Source: Hyaloraphidium curvatum SAG 235-1
Lineage: Eukaryota; Fungi; Monoblepharomycota
DNA: 64,000 bases
Assembly: GCA_025558095.1 (NCBI GenBank)
Contig: JAIVFI010000003.1
Span: forward strand, 992,001-1,056,000
Direction: 5' to 3'
The notes below the pieces were generated by a model that was given only the letters and a program-made list of their open reading frames with translations, did no database searches and was not told the DNA's origin. Below are positions 1 through 10,668 of this stretch, one piece after another (within the stretch, counting starts at the first letter, position 1; every line of letters starts with the position of its first letter). Made by a program: the position numbers and the translations under genes.

Positions 1-118
1 TCCGGACCTCTGTCCACAGAACCCCGGGATCGGACCCTCCCGCGCCACCGTCGCCTCCATCGGCGGGGGCCCCGCGCCCCGCCATCTACCGTGCCCCTTA
101 AGAAACCCCCGCTACACG

Positions 119-1632
119 TCACCTCTTCCTCTTTGCCCCCGCCTTCTCCCCGCCCCCACCCCTTTCCTTGTCCCCCTTTTCCTGCCCTTGCCCTCCCGGT
201 CCCGCACCCGCCGCCGCCGGTGGAGGCATCGGAAGATCCCCGAACCCCGGCACCACGATCCCCCAGAACCGCTCCAGCGCCACGGCGACGTCCCGCTCCT
301 CCAGCACGTGCGACCCGCGGTGCGCGGCGAGGCGGAGGGCGGTGTGCAGGAGGGAGGAGAGGAAAGCGTCGGTGAGCGCGTACAGGACCTGCGGGTGGGA
401 AACGGGGGGTCAGCTACCGGGACGGGGAGGAAGTGGGGAGAGGAGCACACCTCCGCGACGTCGGGGTCCACGCGTTCCCCCGTGCCCACGCGCGCAACCA
501 GCTCCCTCAACCGTTCGCCGTCGCCGGCGGGCTCCGCGATCGCGGGGGGCATCCCCGGCCCCGCCGGGGTGGTCCCGCTCCGAGCGCCGGTCTGTGGGCG
601 GGGCACGGCGAGGCCGTGCAGCGGCATCCCGAAGACGCGGGCGTCCTGCGTGGGAGTGGGGTAGAATAGGGGCGGTTGCGGGGGGGCGGGGGCCGGGGCG
701 GGCCGGGAGGGGAGGCGCGCGAGGGGCTGCGGTTGCGGTTGTTGCGGCGGTTGGGGTTGGGGGGGATGCGGTTGGAGCTGGGGCTGCGGTTGCAGTTGCT
801 GCTGCGGGGGTTTTTCGGAGGGGGCGGAGGCGGCGGCGAGGTTGCGGAGGAGGTCCTGGCGCTGCTGCACCTGGGCCTGCGCCGAGGCGGCGGCCGCCTG
901 CTGGGCGGCCTGGCCCCCCTGGGCTGCCTGCGCCTGCGCCTGCGCCTGCGCGCGCGCTTTTTCCAGGGTGATTTTGGCCACGTGCATCATGTGCGCGGCC
1001 TGGTTCGTGGTCATCTCGCCGCGCTGCACGCGCTGGTCCAGGATGCCCTGCAGCGCGCCGGTGTGATGCAGCTGCGCCAGCCGCACGTGCTGGGCGTTCT
1101 GCTGCGAGACCTGCTCGGGCGTCGGCCGTTGCTGGGGCTGCCCGGGCTGCACGTGGATCCCCTGCCCCTGCTGCACCGCGTGTTGCGGCACCGGCTGCGC
1201 GTTTGGAGGCGGCCGCGCCTTTGCCCGCTGCTGCGCGGCCAGCGCGGCCTGCACGCCGGCCAGCGACGCCGGCAGCGCGGCGGCCTGCAGCAGCCCGTTT
1301 GGCGCGGCGGTGCGCGGCGCGCCGTTGATGGCCGGCATCGCGCCGGCGAGGTTCATGGCGGCGGGCGCCAGCGGGGCCATCCCGCCGCCCAGCGCCGCCG
1401 CGGTCAGCCCCGCCGCCGACAGCGCGTTCAGCGCGCCCAAGTTCGCCGGCGACGCCATGGCGCTGGCCGACAGCGAGGCGCTTAAGGCGCTGGCGAGGGA
1501 GCCCGGCGTCGGCGGCGTGGCCGGGTTGCTCGTCCGCGGGGGCCGCCGCGCGGGGGCCGCGGCCGGGCGCACCGACGGCAGCGTCGTCGGGGGCAGCTCA
1601 AGATCATCGTCGCCCGGTCCAAGCCCCGACAT
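119..1632 (-). CDS. TAF12: TFIID/SAGA subunit TAF12 (Q/A/P-rich N-terminus, C-terminal histone fold); 1 intron (389-450)
   Basis: The spliced C-terminus RLRELVARVGTGERVDPDVAE|VLYALTDAFLSSLLHTALRLAAHRGSHVLEERDVAVALERFWGIVVPGF matches the TAF12 histone fold. The GT..CAG intron has a CTGAC branch point. Confidence 0.88.
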
Positions 1633-1806
1633 CGCGGGCGCCGGGTGGGCGACGCGTCCCGCTCTCAACGAGAGTGGAGTTAGCGCGTGATGGTTTCCCA
1701 GGACTTCCCGCCTCGACCAAAATCGCGCTGATACTATTTCGGACCAAGCCCTTTCAAACACCCAACACCTCGACCGTCGATCAGGCGCCTTCTTTCCCCG
1801 CCCGCC

Positions 1807-3667
1807 ATGGTGCCTCCGCTCCGCTTCGCCGCGCGCGCGGCGTTCCGCACCGCGTTTGCGCGCGCGCCGGCCGCCCCGCCCGCGGTGCTCGCCGCGCGCC
1901 CGTCGCTCTTCCGCCTCAACGTCGGCGACCGCGCCGCCGCCCGCGCCGTCTCCTCGGCGCCGATCGCAAAGGCCGCCGCGACGCCCGCCGCACGCGCCGC
2001 GCTGGCCACCGAGCCCGCGGCGACGGAGGCCCCGCCCGCCCCCCCGAAGAAGTCGAAAGATGTGATGCTCACCCCCGACCGCTTCCCGGAACTCAACCTC
2101 AAGCGGGACCCCAAGTTTGCCCGCCTGACCGACGCCGACGTCGCGTACTTCAAATCGCTGCTCGGCCCCGCGGGCGTGCTCACGGACCCCGAGGAGCTCC
2201 CGCGGTACAACGTCGACTGGATGAAAAAGTACCGCGGCTCCTCCTCCCTCGTGCTCCGCCCAAAGACGGCCGCCGAGGTCTCGCAGATCGCCAAGTACTG
2301 CAACGACCGCAAGCTGGCGATCGTGCCGCAGGGCGGCAACACCGGCCTCGTGGGCGGCTCCGTCCCCGTGTTCGACGAGGTCGTCGTCTCCCTGGAGCGC
2401 ATGAACTCGATCCGCTCCTTCGACCCCGTCTCGGGCATCCTCGTCTGCGACGCGGGCGTGGTGCTGGAAAACGCCGACAAGTACCTCGAGGAGCGCGGGC
2501 ACATTTTCCCCCTGGACCTCGGCGCCAAGGGCTCCTGCCACGTCGGCGGCAACGTGGCCACCAACGCCGGCGGGCTGCGCCTGCTGCGGTACGGCAGCCT
2601 GCACGGCAGCGTGCTGGGGATCGAGGCGGTGCTCGCCGACGGGACGGTGCTGGACAACCTGTCGACGCTGAGGAAGGACAACACGGGGTACGACCTGAAG
2701 CAGCTCTTCATCGGCTCCGAGGGAACCCTGGGGATCATCACGGGGGTGTCGATAAGCACCCCGCGCCGGCCCGCGGCGGTCAACGTCTGCATGGTCTGCG
2801 TGAAGTCGTTCGAGGACGTGCGGAGGGTGTTTTCGGCGGCCAAGGAAGCCTTGGGGGAGATCCTGTCCGCGTTCGAGTTCTGGGACGCCGCGGCGACGGG
2901 GATGGTGGGGCGGTACCTGGACCACGTGAGCAACCCGCTCGTGGACCGCGTCGGTGGGTCGCTCCTCGGAACGAGGGCACGGCTCGCCGCGAAGCTGACC
3001 TCCTCCCCGTCCCCAGCCACGGCGCCGTTCACCGTCCTCATCGAGACCTCGGGCTCCAACAAATCCCACGACGACGAGAAGCTCGCCTCCCTCCTCGACA
3101 GCCTCATGTCCTCCGGGCTGGTCGAGGACGGCGTGCTCTCCGAGAGCGAGAGCCAGAAGGCGCAGTTCTGGCACGTCCGCGAGGGCATCCCCGTCGCGTG
3201 CGGGATGGCCGGCGGGGTGTACAAGTACGACGTTTCGGTGCCGCTGGAGGTGCTCTACGAGCTCGTGGGCGACGTGGAGCGGCGGCTCGTGGAGAAGGGG
3301 CTGTACGTCCCGGGGGATGAGGGGAGCGGGAAGGTGTCGGCGGTCGTGGGGTACGGCCACGTCGGGGACGGCAACCTGCACCTGAACGTTTCCTGCCCCG
3401 CGTACGACGCCGAGCTTTCGGCGGCGCTGGAGCCGTTCGTGTACGAGTGGGTGTCCGCGCGCGGGGGGTCGATATCGGCGGAGCACGGGCTGGGGTTGAT
3501 GAAGGGGGGGATGATCGGGTACTCCAAGCCGGTGGAGATGGTGAGGTTGATGAAGGGGGTGAAGGGGATGATGGATCCGAACGGTGGGTGGTGCGCAGTC
3601 GAGGCGATGGAGCGGGGGCTGACTGGTTGCAGGGATAATGAACCCGTACAAGTTCCTGCCGGCGTGA
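1807..3667 (+). CDS. DLD2: Mitochondrial D-2-hydroxyglutarate/D-lactate dehydrogenase (FAD-linked oxidase); 2 introns (~2954-3016, ~3583-3632)
   Basis: Motifs PQGGNTGLVGGSVP, LDLGAKGSCHVGGNVATNAGG, LRKDNTGYDLKQLFIGSEGTLG, GHVGDGNLH and GSISAEHGLG. Spliced end DPNGIMNPYKFLPA*. Arg/Ala-rich presequence. Confidence 0.93.
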
Positions 3668-3889
3668 AGCGTGCAGGTTGGAGGGCGTCCTGCAGACGAC
3701 GAGCGTAGGCACGGAACATGCTCTATGGGTCCCCCCCCCCCGCAGTCGGGGACAACTGGACAAGGCAGAACGGCAGCAGAAAGAGTGTCGTCTATGTCGA
3801 ATAAAGAGTGGTACAGCATCGCCAAGATTGCAGTCCCAAACGGCTCCAAACGAGGTCGAATCGCCCTAAATTTCCCGCTCCTTCTGCAC

Positions 3890-5135
3890 TCAATCCGCCT
3901 GCTCCTTCTCCGGCCCCTTCTCAAACATCCCGTGCACAATGTCCGCCGGAATCAGGCTCGCCAGCGGTGCACCCGGCGTCGGCTGCTCGTCCTGCGCCGC
4001 GCCAATTAGTCTGCTTCCGTGCACCACCACCGCCATACCCAGGAAGAAGCCACCGAAGAACCTCAGCACGGCCGCGACGCCGGCGCCACGGAGCTCGCCG
4101 AACAGGACGATCGAGGTGACCACCGAGAGGGAGTTGAAGGTGGCGTAGTGCACGGGCTGGAACCGCGTGAGCGGGAAGCGCGACAGGAGCTGCTGCTTGA
4201 AGAACTCCTGCCCGAGGAGCGAGAGCACGAGGAAGATGAGCGTGGAAGATATGCTCTCGGAGGAGGAGGGCTGGCTCGGCGCGTGCGCGTGCGGCGCCGA
4301 CGAGGGGAGCAGCGTGCCGTTCTCGGCCAGGGAGAGGGCCGAGTGGAGCAGGTTTCCGGCTGCGGCACCAGCAACTGGCGGGGCGCCGGCCGTTCCGGCC
4401 AGGTCCGGCGAGGTGACGCCGATCCGCGCCAGCGTACCGAGGCTCTTGCTCGAGACCACCGAGATGGCCCCAAACACCGAGACGATGAGCACGAGCAGCT
4501 CCACGCTGTCGTGGCCGCGCACGTAGGCCCAATAGATGAGGAAGATGAGGAAGAGCATGGCCAGGGCCACGAAGGTGGAGAAGGCGCCCGTGTAGAGCAC
4601 CGAGACGGTCCGCAGGAGGCCGGCGGTGTCCTCGTCGCTGTTGCGCGGCGCGGAGAGGATGATGAGTAGCACGCCAAGCTGGAGTAGTGGGAATCAATAA
4701 GTGCGTTTTCGCGAAGGAGACCGGGACAAGGCAGCTTACCATGATGCTGTAGTATCCCCGCCGCTGCACGGGCCCAATGACCTCGCCGAGGAACTTCTGC
4801 GCCAGCACGGCGTTCACCACCACCGAAGTGATCCCCAGCGGCGTGACCACGGCCGCCGACGTCAACGACAGGGCTAGCCAGTTGCCGCAGATTTCGCCCA
4901 GGTAGTTGAGCATTATGCCGGCAAGCCACGTCTGGTCCGTGTAGCGCGGGCGGCCGGTACGCTGCTCATAGTCCTTTGCACGGCGCGGCAGCAAGCGACG
5001 AGCGGTCGACGCGGGCGTGCGCGGGGGTCGGCCGTCCCCGCGCGAGAGGCGGTTCAGCGCGTACTTCTGCAGCGTCTGCCCGGCGCCGATGAAGACGTTG
5101 CCGCACAGCGCGGCAATGAGCCCCGCTATGAGCAT
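3890..5135 (-). CDS. NIPA-family magnesium transporter; intron ~4678-4739
   Basis: IGAGQTLQK, WLAGIMLNYLGEICGNW and AAVVTPLGITSVVVNAVLAQKFLGE, followed by further TM helices (F.PVHYATF...SIVLFGEL). Confidence 0.82.
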
Positions 5136-5270
5136 TGCAGGGCGCGATAGGGCCGCAAATGGGCCGGAGGACGCGTCGGAATGGGCGGATTTGAAGTCGG
5201 AATTGGCTGGCCGTGCGGAACTCCCAGAATCGAGTCGTCAAACAGTGCCCGAACCGGGCCCTAGCCGGCC

Positions 5271-6667
5271 ATGGAGGGCCTCAAGACAGAGTTTGAAAAG
5301 CTGGCAAAGAAGCAGGTTGGTCGCCCCGCCGGCGGACGCACGCACGCCCTGACGGATCCCGCCGCCGCGTCGCCCGTCACGTGGACATCTCCCGCCCGGC
5401 AACGCGCCCGGAACCGCGAATTGCCCCTTCCCCTCTCGTGCAGAAAACAACCGCGGATGACACGCTTGAGACACTGTCCGAGATCATTTCCCTGCTCAAG
5501 GACGCGCAGGGACGCCTGGCCTCCTCCTCCCAGCAACCCACGCCTCCCGCCGTCGTGCTCCCGCCCCTGGCCTCCAAAATCCTCACCCTGACGAACCAGA
5601 CCCAGACGGCACACAAGGACTTTGCCTCGACGCTATCCAAATATGGGTCCAAGGTGCTCGAGAAGCGGTTCAAGCCCGTGCCGCAGCAGCCGGGCGGCTC
5701 GCCGTTCCAGGGGCACAAAGAGGTGCTGGACCGCGTGATTACGGAGCACCTCGTGCGCGAGGGGCGGTTTGCGGCCGCACGGGTGTTCGAATCCGAGGGC
5801 GGGGGCCGCGTCGAGGGCGGCGAGGACTTTGCGGAGATGTACGCCGTGCTTGGCTCGCTCCGTGGGCAGCCGGGCGAGCTGCCCGGCGACGCCGGCGAGC
5901 GCATGGACACGGACGAGGGGCAGCCAGGCGCGCCGGATCTCGGGCCGGCGCTGGCGTGGGCGAGGCGGAACGCGGCCGAGCTGTACGCCGTGTCGTCGCA
6001 CCTCGAGTTTGAACTGCACAAGTGCCGGTTCGTGCAGATGAGGGAGGAGGGGAGGACGCGGGAGGAGCTCGTGGCCTACGCCAGGGCCGAGATCGGGCCG
6101 TGGAGCACCAAGGGCTTCGAGAAGGGTGGGTTCTGCTTATGGCTAAGCAGAACGTCGCTCACTCCCTTTCCCATTTCAGAGATTGCCCACCTTCTCACCT
6201 CACTCCTTTTCCCCGCTGGTCACCCGCTCTTCTCGAGCCTCGCGTTCCACCCGCTCCTGCAATCCGCCACCGCCCTCTTCATCCGAACCTTCTGCACGCT
6301 GCACCGCCTCCCCCCGCATCCTCCCCTCCTCGTCTCCACCTCGGTCGGCCACGCCGCCCTCCCTGCGCTCGGCAAGATCGCCCAGCTCATGCAGTCCACC
6401 TCTGGCCTCTCCTGGTCCCTCACGTCGGAGCTCCCCATCGACATCCCCCTGCCGGCGCAGCACCGGTACCACTCGATCTTCGTGTGCCCCGTCACCCGCG
6501 AGGCGTACGACGGGGGCGAAGCGAACCCGCCGGCGATGCTGCCGTGCGGGCATGTGGTTAGCAGGGAGGCGGTGGGAAGGCTGGTCAAGGGGAGGGAGGG
6601 GAGGGTGAAGTGCCCGTACTGCCCGAGGGAGGGCGCGGCGAGTGAGTGCGTGAGGGTGCACTTCTAG
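5271..6667 (+). CDS. RMND5: GID/CTLH complex E3 ligase subunit Gid2/RMND5; 2 introns
   Basis: LisH-like ITEHLVREGRF, CTLH ALAWAR..SHLEFELH, and a degenerate RING (ELPIDIPLP..RYHSIFVCPV..NPPAMLPCGHV..VKCPYCP). Confidence 0.9.
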
Positions 6668-7156
6668 GCGCTGCAGAGAGTAGGTGCGGTCACCAGCGGG
6701 CTCTGTCAAAGTGGACTAAGAATCGAATGACTGCTTTTGAGCCAATGCCAAATTGTCCCCATGCACTCCAAGATCCAATTTAAAGCGGCACGGAACCCAT
6801 ATTCCGACGCTGGGTCAATCTTTGCGTTCGCGGCAACGGCGGCGGCTCTGCTGGAGGTTCTTCGGACGGCCAGGCTTCAGGATCCAGGATCGGGGTCGCT
6901 GCAGGGGGCGTCCACGGCGGCTGGGAGGGCGGCCGGTGAGGCAAGTCGTCGGGTGGAGCGCACGGCTCAGTGGCTCTACGAGATGGAAGGGTAAATTTCG
7001 GGGGGCAGGGCTTCGCTTTTCGTGTATAAAGAATTCAAAGGGTCGGCAAAGGAGCCTGTCGACTTGGACGCCGACAAGTTAGCGACATGTCGCAGCTGCA
7101 TAACGCGCACCAAGATACAAGAGGCAAAGTCTCTCAACTACCCGAGCGGATCTCAT

Positions 7157-8366
7157 CTACGCGGCATCCCTGCCCGTGCCCAGCCTCATGTGCACCGCAT
7201 GCGCAGCCGTCGCCCCGTGCCCCATCGCCACCGCGCACTGGACCAGCCCCTGCGCCACCCCGCCCGCTGCGTAGATGCCCGGCACCGACGTCTCGCACCT
7301 CGGCCCCTTCAGGATTACGCAGCCGCCCTCGGCCAGCTCGACACCCGAGGAGGCGAGGTACCCGCTCCGGGGCACGATCCCGAGGGCTGAGAACAGGCCG
7401 CCGTCGAAGCTCTCGGGGGGGCGGGTGGCGAAGACTGCAGTGCAGCGGTGGGGGATGCGTTCGCCGCCCGGTGCGGATTCTTGGGAGAGGTCGATTCGCA
7501 TGACGGGGTCGGGGATGGCGAGGATGCCCTGCTGTGAGAGCTTCTCGCGGATGCGTTCCTCTTCGTCCGGGGGACCGAAGCCGAACATGGGCTTGCCGAA
7601 GATCAGGAGGACGACTTCCCGGGCTTTTGTGGAGAGCGGGGACCGGAGGCGCGCATGTCAGGTCGCGGCGATCACGGCCTACGGAACACGACCCACCGAT
7701 TCGCGAAAGGAACATCGCCTCGCCCACCCCACCCGTCCCAATGCCGAGGATGCCGACCCGTCTTCCCCTGACCTCGAACGCCTCGCAAACGGGGCACACG
7801 TGGATCGCACCCGATGCGATCGTCTCGAGCAGCAGCGGATGGTCCGGCTGCACGTCCACCGCGCCGCTTGCGGTGATCACCGTCCGCACATGCACGGGGG
7901 GGAAGCAGTCCGAATGCACCATGAAGGTGCCGTCATCCCCGCGCGATTCCACGGAGGTGACTCGGGCAAGAAGAACCACCGCGCCGTGCTCGTCCGCCTG
8001 TGTGCGCAGCGCCGCCAGCAGGTCTGGCCCCGAAATGCCGTCGGGCCAGCCGGGGATGTTGTGCGCCAGGGGAATGTTCCACGCGCGAGGCTCGCCGGAA
8101 TCGAAGACGACGAAGGAGCGGAGCGAGCGGGCGAGGTAGACGGCCGCGGTGAGGCCGGCGACGCCGCCGCCGATGACGGCGCAGTCGAGGGGCTGGGAGT
8201 CAAGGAGGGCTTTTGCACGTTGCGAGTTCATGGCCACGTGTGGGCAGAGTGAGCGCTGGTTGCGGCCCGACCCGAAAGTGCAGGCGCAAGTCGGACTCGG
8301 CGGCACGGCGTCCCCGTTAGCGTCCTCGCCGGGAGAGACGTCGGGCTGCGCGAAATCAGGAGGCAT
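7157..8366 (-). CDS. Thioredoxin-reductase-like NAD(P)/FAD oxidoreductase; 1 intron (~7623-7696); alternative start 8231
   Basis: VIGGGVAGLTAAVYLAR, HNIPGWPDGISG, CPVC, ETSVPGIYAAG and AMGHGATAA. Confidence 0.8.
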
Positions 8367-8655
8367 CGTGCTGGTTGGGATGAATGCCTCGTGGCCAAGG
8401 TGGAAGCGGTGCCACGTCAGCCGTGGCAAAGCAGAACAGAAAGATCAACGAATTGGGCCTGCTTGCTTGACAGGTAGCTCTTCGAGGCTGGAAAAGCAGA
8501 CAAAAAGGTGGTTCACGATCCCGGAGAAGCTAGGCTCGGTCGTCGCCTCCCGTTTGAGGGAGACAGCTGCGGCTCCTTGGCGAAGATTCGAAGGAGCAGC
8601 CAGGTTCGGCAACTGTCACCAGCGGCCTTCCTCAACGACACGCTGGCCCTCCCAA

Positions 8656-10318
8656 ATGAAGCCCGTCGAGCTGAATCCGCGAGAGCTCCTCGCTGCGTTC
8701 CCCGGCGGCCAGCGCAAGCCTCCTTTCCGGCCGCGCGTGCCGCGAGGGGCGGCTCCTTCGGACGACCCCGCCGACGCGCATTCGACTGCGAACCAACCGT
8801 CTCCCGCCGTCGCCGCGCTCGATGCGGCACGGGCCGCCGATCCACTATCGCCGCCGGTGATGTTTGCCGCGCTGGACTCTTGGCCGGGCTCCCGCGGCCT
8901 CGCGGCGCTGCTGCGGGTGCAGCTCGCGCTCGGTCGGTTCGGCGCGCGCCCCATGCTCCGATTCGCCTGCGCCTACTGGCCGGGCTGCCTGTTGTCGGTC
9001 GCCGTGTGGGACTTTGGGGGAGACCGATTTTCGCAGCGGAACCTCGCCGTCGGGACCGCCGCGTCGCTCGTCTTTGCCATTCTCGGGCTCCTGCCCTTCC
9101 TTACACCGATCGTACTGTCATATGGCATGCGTGGGCTTGGTGCAATGGCGACCGGACGAGCTGCTGCCCCGCCAAAGCCGGACTTCAACCTGCACGCCAT
9201 GGCGGGTATCGTTCGCTGGATCCAGCTCGTAGGATCGCCGGAGCAACAGCAAGATACACCGCATCTCGCTTCCAAGGACTTCGATATCGAGACATCTGCT
9301 CCCCCGCAACATTCTCTTGTCCTCCTCGCGCATGAGGACGGCGACTCGGCCTGCCCTTGCCCAAGGCCAACCTGCGCTGGCTCCCTGCTGGGCGCCTCTT
9401 CCACGTTCGCCTTCCTGGACCTATCGATCAAGATGCTTTTCGCCATCTGGCTCACCCTTCTCTTCTCTTGGACGCCTCTGGTCACCCTTGGGTCCCAAAC
9501 CTGGAGAGTCTGGTGGGGGGCCGTGCTCGGCGTCGCCGCGCTGCTGGGCATGTTCGTCTTCATCGTCCTCAACAACCTCGTCCGCCGCATCACCAACATC
9601 CGGCTTCTCGCCCTCCAGGGCCGCATCCACCGGCGCCTACTGGCGATTGCGCTGGAGGACCTCGTGGAGCGCTCCGCCCTGGCCCTCTCAAACGGGAACC
9701 CGACGGAGTCCTATTTGCCTCCCGAACCTGAGCCCTACGAGGTACTGCATGGCCTTCTGGCCACGGCATGGCGCACGGGTTTGGAGTTTTTGGCCTTTGG
9801 CCGCCTGGGATACGTCATTTTCCTCGTCGTGTTCATCATCTCCGCCGCGATCGACGCCATCGGGGCCGGCTGCATCCCGCTGTGGTGCGTCGTCCTCACG
9901 ACCGCCTCGTACCTGCGTTCACCTCATTCCCATCTCCAGGACCATCACCGGCTTCGCCTACATCTCCACCCTCTTCGCCGCCGACATCGTCAACGTTGCC
10001 GCCTCCAATGACCAGATCGCCGTCGCCACGCAGCTCATGGACCGCGCGCGGACCGACCTGCAGTCCCTCCTCGTCCGATCGGCGCTTCGCGGAAGGGGCG
10101 GCTCGCCCGCGGACGCGGCGGCGTCGCGGCACGCCGATCTGCTGGCATCGCTGGCGGGGAGCTCCGAGGCGCACATGGGCACGCTGCTGGGGTTCAAGGT
10201 GACCTTTGGCGTCGTGAGGCGGATGCTGGTGACCATCGTCACGGTGGCCGTGGCGCTCTACACCGTGCTGAGGGGTTCGGGGCAGTACCTAACAGTTGAG
10301 ACCATGTGCCCGGGCTGA
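8656..10318 (+). CDS. 7-TM membrane protein, 7TMIC/GRL-like family copy A (intact); intron ~9885-9940
   Basis: Seven hydrophobic segments, H-x6-CPC-x4-C loop motif and C-terminal LLGFKVTFGVVRRMLVTIVTVAVALYTVLRGSG..TVETMCPG. Paralogous to 28234, 50030 and 59799. Confidence 0.8.
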
Positions 10319-10668
10319 ATGGCCTAGGCTAGAAGCAAGGGACGAAGAACTGGTTGCGTCGAGCATGTTTCCGTTGGACGAGTCGGAGAGGGACGCAAAG
10401 ACATGGAGGGGAAGAATGCGTAGATCGCAAAACTATGCCCACGGATGGACAGCAACCCACTTCGCTCCGGCCGGGTCTCAACGAGAATGGAACAACAACG
10501 ATCACCACTGCTTCCGTTGGAAAGCTTCATCCTGCCACATCGACTGGATGCCGGGCAGACGCGCGGCTTTGGCCGGCTCCACTAGACTCCGCAATCAAGG
10601 ACCTACAGACAATAGCATAACATCCTTCATCGGTCCCGCCTCCCCTACACGTGCCGTCCAAGACCGAC

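Noticed and set aside
112-3939. 1275-aa minus-strand ORF
   Set aside because: Antisense shadow of DLD2 running into the TAF12 frame; an artefact of high GC.
6737-7150. Two in-frame plus-strand ORFs (6737-6994 and 7022 onward) separated by one TAA
   Set aside because: Could be a gene relic, but there is no recognisable motif and it runs into the convergent oxidoreductase.
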